DNA of 64,000 bases from Eledone cirrhosa (taxonomy: Eukaryota), in contig OZ024741.1 in assembly GCA_964016885.1 (NCBI GenBank), positions 136,772,001 to 136,836,000 on the forward strand. The letters run 5' to 3'. Within the stretch, counting starts at the first letter, position 1, and each line of letters begins with the position of its first letter. Below, piece by piece: positions 1 to 11,990 of this stretch. A program made the position numbers and the translations under genes. Below the pieces are notes generated by a model that saw nothing but the letters and a program-made list of their open reading frames with translations, searched no databases and had not been told where the DNA came from.

Positions 1-88
1 TACAATGATATTAAATAAATGGAAACCACATTTATAAAACCATATTTATTCTATTATATATATTTCAAGGGTACCAATATATATATAT

Positions 89-1086
89 ATATGAATAAAG
101 TTAGTCCTTCATCAGTGATCTTCCAACCATCATTGGTATTTCATCGCTTTAAAGACCATATACCTCCGGTTGGTGAGAGCAACGGCTAAAAATAGTCGTT
201 GGGACACGTAAATAAAGGGGACACGAGAGTGTAAACAAACAAAGATGGTGAAGCAACGAAAAGTGAGGAAGAACGAGTCAAGTCCCAAATTTCCATGAAT
301 ATTAGTTCGGTGAAATCGTGAACGAGAGAGAATAAAGACCATCAAACCTGGTTGGAATGTGAGCAAGGAAGGAATTCCGTACAGGTCTAACGGGAGGAAG
401 AAGGAATCTAGTCTGTGAATTCGGTGAACATAAGTTCTGTGAAATCATAGACGAGAGAGAGAAAAAAGGTGAACCAGCCTGACCAAGCGTGCGAAAGAAA
501 AGAATTACGCACAGGTCAAACGGGAAGAAGGAGGAGGAGGAGAGGTAGTAACAGAGAGTGAGTGAGTGAAGGGTGAGGAAGAGGCTAACAGAGAGAGTGA
601 CTGTTAGAGAGGGTAAAGATACAGAGAAAGAGGAAGCAGTAAGAACGAAATAGACGGGTCACAGCGGGGGAAAAAATATGTGTAAATATGAGAATAAACG
701 TGCTGCGTGGTTGCAAATGGGTTACATATGAATAAAGTTAGTCCTTCATCAGTGATCTTCCAACCATCATTGGTATTTCATCGCTTTAAAGACCATATAC
801 CTCCGGTTGGTGCGAGCAACGGCTAAAAAAAGTCGTTGGGACACGTAAATAAAGGGGACACGAGAATGTAAACAAACAAAGATGGTGAAGCAACGAAAAA
901 TGAGGAAGAACGAGTCAAGTCCCAAATTTCCATGAATATTAGTTCGGTGAAATCGTGAACGAGAGAGAATAAAGACCATCAAACCTGGTTGGAATGTGAG
1001 CAAGGAAGGAATTCCGTACAGGTCTAACGGGAGGAAGAAGGAATCTAGTCTGTGAATTCGGTGAACATAAGTTCTGTGAAATCGTA

Positions 1087-1089
<3 letters not shown>
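89..1089 (-). repeat. Two ~364-bp near-identical direct repeats (89-452, 726-1089), probably PLE pseudo-LTR type, each with a 5' half of an HHR
   Basis: ATATGAATAAAGTTAGTCC...GTTCTGTGAAATCRTAGAC occurs twice, 637 bp apart. The minus strand reads CTGATGAAGGACTAAC (HHR core plus start of stem II) and breaks off at the same point in both copies. Confidence 0.7.
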
Positions 1090-1163
<74 letters not shown>

Positions 1164-1270
1164 ATAATAATAAATTTGAAGACTAAAATCCAAAGAGGGC
1201 TCGATAAGGATAAATATATATCAAATATATAAGAACCGTAGAGCAAATATTTATTAAAATAACAGATTAA

Positions 1271-1321
1271 AGTTTAAGCAAAGAATCGTTGCTTTCACCC
1301 TTAACGGGATCTTCTGAAACT
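1271..1321 (-). ncRNA. Type I hammerhead-like motif, variant core CAGAAGA
   Basis: AGTTT-CAGAAGA-TCCCGTTAAGGGT-GAAA-GCA..TGC-TT-AAACT. Stem I AGTTT/AAACT and stem III GCA/TGC pair. Second copy at 27502-27552. Confidence 0.6.
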
Positions 1322-1997
1322 AACAGTCTGTGAACGCAGTCTGTGAACGCAGAAGTGAATATTTCAATAAACGTTGCAACCGGGGGAAGACAGGAAGACG
1401 ATACATTGGTTCGTGGAAACGTTCCCTGGCAAAGAACGGGAAAAAACGAATATAATACGTCATTATTTGGAGCGGTGAAAAACAATTACACGCAAAGACA
1501 AAACCATGTTTATGGTATAAAAGAAGTACCAATACATTAGTTAAATACCATTCTTTCATCGTTACAACTTATATCCACATTAATGAAGTTGTAGACTAAT
1601 ATTCTATTAGGTGGTTCATAGAGACCTTCTCTGGCAATGAACAGAAAAAACGACGATAATACGTCATATGTGGAGCGGGGAGAACAATTGCACGCAAAGA
1701 CAAAACTACGTAAATGGTATAACTGAAGTCGTAGACTAAAATTCTAACTAGGAAACCGAATGATTCTCGGCTTCAGAGCTAAGAATAAAGTAAATAAAAT
1801 ACAGAGGTAATTGAAATTAAATAAATACATACACGCATCCATATACGTACATACACAAGCATACGCAAAAACACTCGCCATAGGTATACAAAAACACGCA
1901 CGTACACAGAAAAAAAAGAAAAAAAAACCCGCACGCACATACAGAACCCACGCAACGCCTGTACCCGCACGCATACGCATGTATACATCAAATACAC

Positions 1998-2037
<40 letters not shown>

Positions 2038-2438
2038 GGGGGGGGCGTGCATACATACAATTAAATAAACGTATATAAATAAATAAATACATATAGAACA
2101 AGCGCACACGCATATACCTACATGTAAATACACATATGTTCGGAGACGTACGTCAACCAAAACACAAAGTACACATATACACACACCCTATATACGTACG
2201 AACCCGCATACTCATAACGACGCAAAACTCACGTATACACATAACCAAAAGCATATGTACCAGAATATATAATATATACGCCATAACATATACAATCAAA
2301 TATACGTACGAGAAAGTATACGTACCTTCACAAAACATACAGGTAATATATACTTACCTATACAAATAAGTAATGGTATAAACATAACATATACTTAGCT
2401 ACCACATTAAGACGTAAAATATCCGCCTATAGTTCGTA

Positions 2439-3864
2439 CTATCCGTTAGGGTATAATGTGGGGCTGTAATACAGGATAGTTTTGTGCAATTTATGTTTAC
2501 AAGGCGAAATTGCCTCAGATTTTTTGTTTAAGATGTGGTCTTTGGCGTGGAGTATTTCCAGGGCCTCATCGGCGCAGTGGTCACATGGTCTTTTATTTCC
2601 GTTATACGATCTAGCCCCAGCTAGGATCTCCCAGTGTAACTTATATTGGGTGTGGTTGTCTTTTAGACTCCAGATATAAGCTGAAAGTGACGTCTTATTC
2701 CTTCTTAAAGGGTAACGAAAAGAATGGGTATGCATGTAAAGACGCTGCTTGAATCTATTGGCGTTTAACCCTACGTAGGCCCTACGGGACGTGGGTGTTT
2801 CAACCTTACATTTGTAGACAATGTTACTAGAGAGGCATTTCCCGGATAGGGGGCAGTCAACCCGATTCCTACAATTACAGTTAGTACTAACTACAGGGTT
2901 GGGCGTGTTCCTACGGCTAGGTAGTTTAGCTAAATTTGAAGCTGTGATGTTATGTGCAATGTTAGGAGTCGTAGAGTAAGAAATTTTAATAGTATTTATA
3001 TTAAAAATGTTACTATATTTATGTGTAGGGGGGAAAATGCTTCATAATAAGGGAGAGAAAGATCTTAGCTAATGGTGTGGCCACCTCCATATTATATGGT
3101 GGGTTATACCATATAATGCGTCGGGATCTATTTCTTCTAGGTCTATTCTCGTACTCTGTATATGCTACCTTATCGACAAATCCACACCGAGCAAGAGCTT
3201 CATTGTAATATGTGGAATGGTCGTTGAAAATATGCTCGTTAGTAGATAGACGGAAAAGCCTCAAAGAAACGTTTCTTACCAGGTTCTTGGTTATGCTGGC
3301 AGGATGGTTAGAATGCTTACTTATGTAATTAAGCGTATCATTCGGCTTTCTATACGGGTAATGCAAGCCAATCGATAAATTGAGGGTAACGTCGAGGTAA
3401 TTACCGACCGAGAGGTTGGCCTCAACCTGTATGGAGAGGTTGAACCCTTTAAAGAAGGCTGTGAGTTCTTTTATGAACCTGTCGAAAGCACGTGGGCCGC
3501 ACTTAGTCATGGTAAAAAGACCATCATCACGGTACAAACCACCGCCCACGTTGGGGAATTCTTCCTTGATAGGGAAAAGAAGGAAAAGGCCGATAAGATC
3601 AGTAACCTCCGCAGAATCGCTGGCGCCCATACTCACGTCGAATGGGGTACTATTAGATTTTTTAATCCAAATAGAGTCGTGAGTGTTTTAGCGAAATTGA
3701 TAGCTCTAGGGAGAAGTGGTAAAGTGATGGAGGAGTAGTAATTATTGATGTCGAATTGGATAAAACGGCAATGTTCCTTGTTGCATATGCCGTTGAACCA
3801 ATCAATCACCGCGAAAGAATTGTTCCACAGTGCAAAAGGGACCAAACTTCTAATTTCAGGTATA
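2439..3864 (-). pseudogene. PLE reverse transcriptase + GIY-YIG endonuclease, frameshifted
   Basis: ORF pieces 3633-3845 (FIQFDINNYYSSI), 3019-3636 (MGASDSAEV, YRDDG, YLDVTL, SNHP, WYNPPY) and 2439-2735 (TSLSAYIWSLK, CDHC, LNKKSE, CKH). CNCRNRVDCPLSGKC read at ~2840-2880. Confidence 0.9.
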
Positions 3865-4449
3865 ATTCTTTGCTTAAACGTTAATCTGTTATTTTAATAA
3901 ATATATATATATTTACATATGTATATATATATATATATATTTACATATATATACATATGTATATATATATATGGTATAAACGTTTGTATATGTATAATAA
4001 AGCTAAAACAATGCAGGTATGGACATAGAATAAAGAATGCAAATGCAAAAGATATTGTTGACAAATTGTCTTTTACCTTAGATTTATTTAAATGTCCTTA
4101 ATTTTCGAGATAATATCTCTTCCCTCCGAAGAAGAACATTTAAATAAATTAAGAACATTTAAATAAAATTAAGAACATTTATATATTTACATATATATAT
4201 TTACGTATATATATATATATAATTATATATATATATCGTTTCTGAATTTGTTTAGCAAGATTCTTTATCTGAAATCGTGTGTTGAAACCGATATTGTTAT
4301 ACTTTGGGAGGGTCATGTTGCCAATAAGAAACACACGCACCAGTTGCTTTCACTTCAATTTAATTTATTAAATATTTATAAATTTACAAATTTATAAATT
4401 TCTGGTTGGTTGGTTGGTTCCACAACCAGATAGTTGTTTATATATATAT

Positions 4450-4494
4450 AGTCATAGTTCTTTCGTCACACACTCTGTGACCTCTTCAGTGACT
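4450..4494 (-). ncRNA. Minimal type I hammerhead ribozyme (mirror of 9529-9573)
   Basis: Exact reverse complement of the motif at 9529-9573. Confidence 0.65.
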
Positions 4495-4811
4495 GGGGAT
4501 TTCTTTCTTCGTTTCTGTGCCTTTCCTTTCTTCTATCCTACGCCATTTTGTTTGTGTGTGGGTTGCGTGCTCAGTTTGCGCATGCGCCACATCCGGGTGT
4601 CTGTGTGTGTTTGTGTTCATTTTTCTATTTTTCTATTTATATTTTTTTTTTTATTTTTATTTTTTTTTTTTTATATTTTTTTATTTGTTTGTTTATTTAT
4701 TTATTTATTGTTGGTTGGTTGTTTGTTCTATGTGTGTGTGTGTTTTCATTTTGTGTGTGTTTTCAATTGTAAGTTGTTTGTTCGATGTGTGTGTGTGTTT
4801 TCATTTTGTCC

Positions 4812-6993
4812 TTAATTGTAAGTTGTGATGTTGCTGTTCCACTCATATTTTCTATTTAATTTTGGTTTTAATTCTTTTATGCTTACTGCCTCTGTAATTT
4901 GCCTAAACATTGCGTCTTTCTTGTGTGTGGATTCTATTTTTATTTCTATGCTCTCTAATTTACCCCTGTGTTCTATCTTAGCATGTTGGTAGAGTACAGA
5001 TAATTCTTTATTATCTTGGAGGTCTCGCCAGTGTTCATTTATTCGTTCCCCTATACTACGAGCTGTCTCACCTATGTACACTACATTTTTGTTTCTACAT
5101 TGTCCTTCAGTACATCTTATGCTATATACTACATTTCTAGTTTTACAGTTAATATGGGGGCTTATTTTACAGGTTATACATTTCTTATCTATACATGAGG
5201 GTCTTTGGAACGGGTATGTCTTGCTAATAAGTGTTTTTTACGGAGGTACCAGGTCTTTCTACTATCTTAATATTGAGGTTATGTTTCTTTAGGGCCCTTC
5301 TAAATTTGTAGGCTAGTTCGCCTCTAGGGGTTGTATTGATGAACATTACACTCTGGTATTTATTGCTATCATACCATGAGTTTATTCTATTGGCCTTGTT
5401 CTTAGTTCTTTCTATTCTATTCCAAAATTTGCTCCTATACAAGGGGCAGGTCCCATTTATGTCATTATTTACCATTTTTTCCCATTTGGTTCTGGCTCCT
5501 TTATACACTCTGATTCTATCTCTCTGATTGTAGCCAGAGAACTGCATACGGTGGATGAAGTGTTGTATGTGTCTCTCTAGTTCTTCGGGGTTGCACATGC
5601 GGGACACATTTCTCATCACCCGTACCAAATCCGCAATCAGTATGTTGATTTTGGTATGGTCCGAAATGGCCGAGTTTCGGTGGATCAGATGTTTGGAAGT
5701 CATGGGTTTGGCATAATGGGAATGGAGGATTTGTTTTTGGTTGTTAATAGTATCTAACCAGAGCTCTGTGTCTAGTACAGGTAATCGATTGTTGGGGTGT
5801 CTACTTGGGTAGTCTATAGTAACTCTAATGCTCTGGTGGATGGAGTTTGCTATTTGCTGGATGCTTTCCATTGTGTTTTTCTCTAGTTCCTGACTGTTCT
5901 TTAGTGGGGGTGTCTTAACTACGATGTTTATATCATCTACGTAGCGGGAGTACATTATCAGGGTTAAGCTGTCTTCTAATTGTTCATTAAGTTTTTGTTT
6001 AAGTCTACTGTCCCACCATACCATGAATAAGTTAGCTATGTCGCCTGCAATGCTAACACCAATGGCTGCTCCTTCCTCTTGGGCATATGTTTTACCATTA
6101 AATTTGAACATATGTTCCTTAAGGGTTAGTTTTATGCTGGCCCCTACCGCATGTGCAATCATTTTCTTCAGTTCATCATGGTTTTCGGGTGTCCGTATGG
6201 CTCTGGTCCACCCGTTCCATCTATCTGTGTGGGTTTTCTTGGCCATTGAGGTAATGGTAGGTGGTCTGCCTCTTGCTGGTCTTGTAGGGCACAGGTTGCT
6301 AAGGTCATAAGTGTCTAGGTAACTATTACTATGGGTAAGCTTAAGTAGAAGTCCCAGCTCACTGGTATCAATCCCACGGAACTCAACCTTGCTCTCGCTG
6401 ATCATTTCGACGCATTTCTCCACAGCAAAATCCACGTCAATAGATGGATACAGGGACACAACATCCATACTGCCTATTATGCAGTTTGTTAGGTCCCCAG
6501 ATCGGTTACCCGCGCCGATTCTGCTGAGGAGGTCCTCCGTGCTGTCACACACATCTGGGGACATCTCAATGATGGGGCGTATGATCAGGGAGAGGAAGTA
6601 GGACAGTCTGTAGTTACTAGCAATGTTAGCCCCACAGACTGGCCGTGTTGGTGGTCCCGCGACAGGGTCCCAGCCTGTTTTATGGTCTTTACGAAGCCCA
6701 TACAACGCCGGCACGTCATTGTTCCAGGCCTGGAAGTTGTTGGCAGTCCTTTTGTTGGGCTGCATTATATTTGTCCACATCACCATATGGGCATTGAGGG
6801 TTTTTTCTCTATCCTCATGCTCCTGTGGTGTTACCTCTCTTGTGTTAGTGATGTGGGGTTGCATTGCCTGGATGTAGTTTGGCAGGCTGTCAACCGACAT
6901 TCTGCCAGACTTGTCTGTTGGAAAGCATGATATCTCTCCATTACGCGAGCGCTGCATGAGCTTACGCAAGCCATTTGCAGATTCTTCTCCCAC
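4812..6993 (-). pseudogene. Inverted copy of the PLE RT/GIY-YIG ORF, split by a +1 homopolymer frameshift at ~5234-5239
   Basis: ORFs 5224-6993 and 4812-5081 match the 6975-9245 protein except A>S and S>L. T6 here versus A5 at 8819-8823. Confidence 0.9.
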
Positions 6994-9245
6994 CAGTTAA
7001 ATCCGAACTTAGAAATATTATAGAAGAGTATAGCAAGAAGCATAATAGAATAGAGGCCCAGCAACTGGGAGAAGAATCTGCAAATGGCTTGCGTAAGCTC
7101 ATGCAGCGCTCGCGTAATGGAGAGATAGCATGCTTTCCAACAGACAAGTCTGGCAGAATGTCGGTTGACAGCCTGCCAAACTACATCCAGGCAATGCAAC
7201 CCCACATCACTAACACAAGAGAGGTAACACCACAGGAGCATGAGGATAGAGAAAAAACCCTCAATGCCCATATGGTGATGTGGACAAATATAATGCAGCC
7301 CAACAAAAGGACTGCCAACAACTTCCAGGCCTGGAACAATGACGTGCCGGCGTTGTATGGGCTTCGTAAAGACCATAAAACAGGCTGGGACCCTGTCGCG
7401 GGACCACCAACACGGCCAGTCTGTGGGGCTAACATTGCTAGTAACTACAGACTGTCCTACTTCCTCTCCCTGATCATACGCCCCATCATTGAGATGTCCC
7501 CAGATGTGTGTGACAGCACGGAGGACCTCCTCAGCAGAATCGGCGCGGGTAACCGATCTGGGGACCTAACAAACTGCATAATAGGCAGTATGGATGTTGT
7601 GTCCCTGTATCCATCTATTGACGTGGATTTTGCTGTGGAGAAATGCGTCGAAATGATCAGCGAGAGCAAGGTTGAGTTCCGTGGGATTGATACCAGTGAG
7701 CTGGGACTTCTACTTAAGCTTACCCATAGTAATAGTTACCTAGACACTTATGACCTTAGCAACCTGTGCCCTACAAGACCAGCAAGAGGCAGACCACCTA
7801 CCATTACCTCAATGGCCAAGAAAACCCACACAGATAGATGGAACGGGTGGACCAGAGCCATACGGACACCCGAAAACCATGATGAACTGAAGAAAATGAT
7901 TGCACATGCGGTAGGGGCCAGCATAAAACTAACCCTTAAGGAACATATGTTCAAATTTAATGGTAAAACATATGCCCAAGAGGAAGGAGCAGCCATTGGT
8001 GTTAGCATTGCAGGCGACATAGCTAACTTATTCATGGTATGGTGGGACAGTAGACTTAAACAAAAACTTAATGAACAATTAGAAGACAGCTTAACCCTGA
8101 TAATGTACTCCCGCTACGTAGATGATATAAACATCGTAGTTAAGACACCCCCACTAAAGAACAGTCAGGAACTAGAGAAAAACACAATGGAAAGCATCCA
8201 GCAAATAGCAAACTCCATCCACCAGAGCATTAGAGTTACTATAGACTACCCAAGTAGACACCCCAACAATCGATTACCTGTACTAGACACAGAGCTCTGG
8301 TTAGATACTATTAACAACCAAAAACAAATCCTCCATTCCCATTATGCCAAACCCATGACTTCCAAACATCTGATCCACCGAAACTCGGCCATTTCGGACC
8401 ATACCAAAATCAACATACTGATTGCGGATTTGGTACGGGTGATGAGAAATGTGTCCCGCATGTGCAACCCCGAAGAACTAGAGAGACACATACAACACTT
8501 CATCCACCGTATGCAGTTCTCTGGCTACAATCAGAGAGATAGAATCAGAGTGTATAAAGGAGCCAGAACCAAATGGGAAAAAATGGTAAATAATGACATA
8601 AATGGGACCTGCCCCTTGTATAGGAGCAAATTTTGGAATAGAATAGAAAGAACTAAGAACAAGGCCAATAGAATAAACTCATGGTATGATAGCAATAAAT
8701 ACCAGAGTGTAATGTTCATCAATACAACCCCTAGAGGCGAACTAGCCTACAAATTTAGAAGGGCCCTAAAGAAACATAACCTCAATATTAAGATAGTAGA
8801 AAGACCTGGTACCTCCGTAAAAACACTTATTAGCAAGACATACCCGTTCCAAAGACCCTCATGTATAGATAAGAAATGTATAACCTGTAAAATAAGCCCC
8901 CATATTAACTGTAAAACTAGAAATGTAGTATATAGCATAAGATGTACTGAAGGACAATGTAGAAACAAAAATGTAGTGTACATAGGTGAGACAGCTCGTA
9001 GTATAGGGGAACGAATAAATGAACACTGGCGAGACCTCCAAGATAATAAAGAATCATCTGTACTCTACCAACATGCTAAGATAGAACACAGGGGTAAATT
9101 AGAGAGCATAGAAATAAAAATAGAATCCACACACAAGAAAGACGCAATGTTTAGGCAAATTACAGAGGCAGTAAGCATAAAAGAATTAAAACCAAAATTA
9201 AATAGAAAATATGAGTGGAACAGCAACATCACAACTTACAATTAA
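6975..9245 (+). CDS. PLE polyprotein: reverse transcriptase + Cys-rich linker + GIY-YIG endonuclease. N-terminus truncated; first in-frame ATG at 7101.
   Basis: RT motifs DKSG, YGLRKDHK, RPVCG, GSMDVVSLYPSI, QEEGAAIG, RYVDD, LPVLD. Linker CIDKKCITC..C. Endonuclease motifs NVVY..YIGETARS..ER..EH..E..LN. Frame is open throughout. Confidence 0.92.
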   Translation: MQILLPPVKSELRNIIEEYSKKHNRIEAQQLGEESANGLRKLMQRSRNGEIACFPTDKSGRMSVDSLPNYIQAMQPHITNTREVTPQEHEDREKTLNAHMVMWTNIMQPNKRTANNFQAWNNDVPALYGLRKDHKTGWDPVAGPPTRPVCGANIASNYRLSYFLSLIIRPIIEMSPDVCDSTEDLLSRIGAGNRSGDLTNCIIGSMDVVSLYPSIDVDFAVEKCVEMISESKVEFRGIDTSELGLLLKLTHSNSYLDTYDLSNLCPTRPARGRPPTITSMAKKTHTDRWNGWTRAIRTPENHDELKKMIAHAVGASIKLTLKEHMFKFNGKTYAQEEGAAIGVSIAGDIANLFMVWWDSRLKQKLNEQLEDSLTLIMYSRYVDDINIVVKTPPLKNSQELEKNTMESIQQIANSIHQSIRVTIDYPSRHPNNRLPVLDTELWLDTINNQKQILHSHYAKPMTSKHLIHRNSAISDHTKINILIADLVRVMRNVSRMCNPEELERHIQHFIHRMQFSGYNQRDRIRVYKGARTKWEKMVNNDINGTCPLYRSKFWNRIERTKNKANRINSWYDSNKYQSVMFINTTPRGELAYKFRRALKKHNLNIKIVERPGTSVKTLISKTYPFQRPSCIDKKCITCKISPHINCKTRNVVYSIRCTEGQCRNKNVVYIGETARSIGERINEHWRDLQDNKESSVLYQHAKIEHRGKLESIEIKIESTHKKDAMFRQITEAVSIKELKPKLNRKYEWNSNITTYN

Positions 9246-9528
9246 GGACAAAATGAAAACACACACACACATCGAACAAACAACTTACAATTGAAAACAC
9301 ACACAAAATGAAAACACACACACACATAGAACAAACAACCAACCAACAATAAATAAATAAATAAACAAACAAATAAAAAAATATAAATAGAAAAATAGAA
9401 AAATGAACACAAACACACACAGACACCCGGATGTGGCGCATGCGCAAACTGAGCACGCAACCCACACACAAACAAAATGGCGTAGGATAGAAGAAAGGAA
9501 AGGCACAGAAACGAAGAAAGAAATCCCC

Positions 9529-9573
9529 AGTCACTGAAGAGGTCACAGAGTGTGTGACGAAAGAACTATGACT
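9529..9573 (+). ncRNA. Minimal type I hammerhead ribozyme in the PLE 3' pseudo-LTR
   Basis: AGTCA-CTGAAGA-G-GTCACA(gagtg)TGTGAC-GAAA-GAAC-TA-TGACT. Stems I and II pair perfectly and (TA)n follows. Confidence 0.7.
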
Positions 9574-9759
9574 ATATATATATAAACAACTATCTGGTTG
9601 TGGAACCAACCAACCAACCAGAAATTTATAAATTTGTAAATTTATAAATATTTAATAAATTAAATTGAAGTGAAAGCAACTGGTGCGTGTGTTTCTTATT
9701 GGCAACATGACCCTCCCAAAGTATAACAATATATATATATATATTTACATATATATATT

Positions 9760-9797
<38 letters not shown>

Positions 9798-9831
9798 TAT
9801 TTATATATATTTACATATATACATATATATG

Positions 9832-9905
<74 letters not shown>

Positions 9906-9997
9906 CATATATATATATACACATGTAATTATATATATATATATACATATATATTTACATATATATATACATATATATTTACATATATATATATATG

Positions 9998-10071
<74 letters not shown>

Positions 10072-10271
10072 CATATATATATATATATATGTAATTATAT
10101 ATATATTTACATATATATATATATATATGTAATTATATATATTTATATATATATTTACATATATATATGTAATTATATATATATATATATTTACATATAT
10201 ATATATATATAAAAAAAAAATATATATATATATACATATGTAAATACATATGTAAATATATATATATATAT

Positions 10272-11003
10272 AAACGGAAAAAATGAAACGAAATTTCATT
10301 TCCCACTCTTAGTACGGCTGTTACTTAAATATAAGTATGTATAGGTACATACATATATGTATACAGACGTACAGTAGTATGTATATATATATATACATAC
10401 ATGCACACATATATATATGTACGTATGGATTCACCAAACATTTATTATAATGCTCGGTGTGTTTGTAAACAAACATCCCGTATTAAGCCGTAGAGTCTAG
10501 CAACCACCGTTGCTCGTTTGTTCAACACTGACAAAGGAACGCTGTACTAGTTTCAAGCTTGTTAGCTATCGTCAGCAATGTATACCTTCCTGCCAGATAG
10601 TTGAACGTTCGAAAGTATATACTTTCCTTATGCATATTAACGGCTAAGTAGCCCAATTTGCATATCGAGTGGGTTAATCGGCCAGGTGCACCGATAACGA
10701 TAAACGGAAAAAATGAAACGAAATTTCATTTTCCACTCTTAGTACGGCTGTTACTTAAATATAAGTATGTATACTTAAATATAAGTATGTATACGTACAT
10801 ACATATATGTTTACAAACACCGAGCATTATAATAAATGTTTGGTGAATCCATACGTACATATATATATGTGTGCATGTATGTATATATATATACATACTA
10901 CTGTACGTCTGTATACATATATGTATATACGTATACATACTTATATTTAAGTAACAGCCGTACTAAGATTGGGAAATGAAATTCCGTTTCATTTTTTCCG
11001 CTT
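10272..11003. mobile_element. Non-coding HHR-bearing repeat (~430-bp unit, 1.2 copies) plus inverted arm; retrozyme/non-autonomous PLE-like
   Basis: AAACGGAAAAAATGAAACG restarts at 10272 and 10702. 10810-11003 is the reverse complement of 10272-10470. A related rearranged copy lies at 26312-26835. Confidence 0.7.
10540..10580 (-). ncRNA. Minimal type I hammerhead ribozyme
   Basis: CATTG-CTGACGA-TAGCT(aaca)AGCTT-GAAA-CTAG-TA-CAGCG. Palindromic stem III ACTAGT; stem I imperfect. Confidence 0.65.
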
Positions 11004-11037
11004 ATATATATATATATGTATTTACATATGTATTTAC

Positions 11038-11109
<72 letters not shown>

Positions 11110-11708
11110 AAATATATATATATATAATTACACATATATATATATATATGTGTAAATATATATAGCTCCTGTTTATTTTAACACGTCTGTTGAGCACTCT
11201 GATTCTATATGTGATATTTTGTATTCTTACATAATTTGCACATCACCGAAATCTTTCGCTAATATAGAGGTTATCTCCCTTGCTGGGTACCATGTGCGTT
11301 TCTGGCTAAGGGTCCCCTCTTTATTGTCGGACGGAATCCCGTTGAGAAAGCTCTTCCGCGTCCACCCCTTCTCTAGAAGTCTTATATATTTTTTATGTGG
11401 GCTGATAGTGTTTGGATTAAGGAATTGCAGAAACCCAAGAAGCTAGATTTAACACCCTTCTAGCGGGTCCGGGTGAGTTTTTTACATTGATTTAATTTAC
11501 TGATTTATTGATATTTTATTTGAGTGACCCGAATCTTCCTGGTCGTTCTTTTTCGGCTGTACGGTTGATTTTAGGCATAATCTCTATGTGTTGGTAATTT
11601 AACGATGGTTATAGCTCAGATTTATCCAAATTATTGAGCCCTCTGCCACACATATCGGATATTGTTTATCGTTAATTCGTGAGCTGTTTTTCCGATTCTC
11701 GATTATTC

Positions 11709-11803
<95 letters not shown>

Positions 11804-11990
11804 CATATATATATATATATATGTAAATATATATATATATATATATATATAATTACATATATATATATATGTAAATATATATATATATATATAATTACAT
11901 AGATAACTTTGAGTAACTTTGAAATGTTTTGGCCAGTATTGGCCCAGGCCATGTCTAACTTAATAGCACCACCTGGCGAAGTCTTTCAAT

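Larger units (their letters stand above)
1160..3902 (-). mobile_element. 5'-truncated Penelope-like element (YRDDG-type RT, C-terminal GIY-YIG) with a short inverted copy of its 3' tail at the 5' junction
   Basis: Decayed RT/EN coding at 2439-3864. 3' UTR ends at a (TA)n array near 1160. 3865-3902 is the reverse complement of 1249-1286 (1 mismatch). Confidence 0.85.
4291..9732. mobile_element. Head-to-head inverted duplication (palindrome) of a 5'-truncated Penelope-like element
   Basis: 4291-6992 is the reverse complement of 7066-9732, with a spacer at 6993-7065. Mirror-image ORFs appear in the ORF track. Confidence 0.95.

Noticed and set aside
2439-3864. Selenocysteine-recoding (Naiad-type) PLE
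   Set aside because: The endonuclease is C-terminal, and the conserved Cys codons I checked here and at 29800 and 45350 are TGT/TGC, not TGA.
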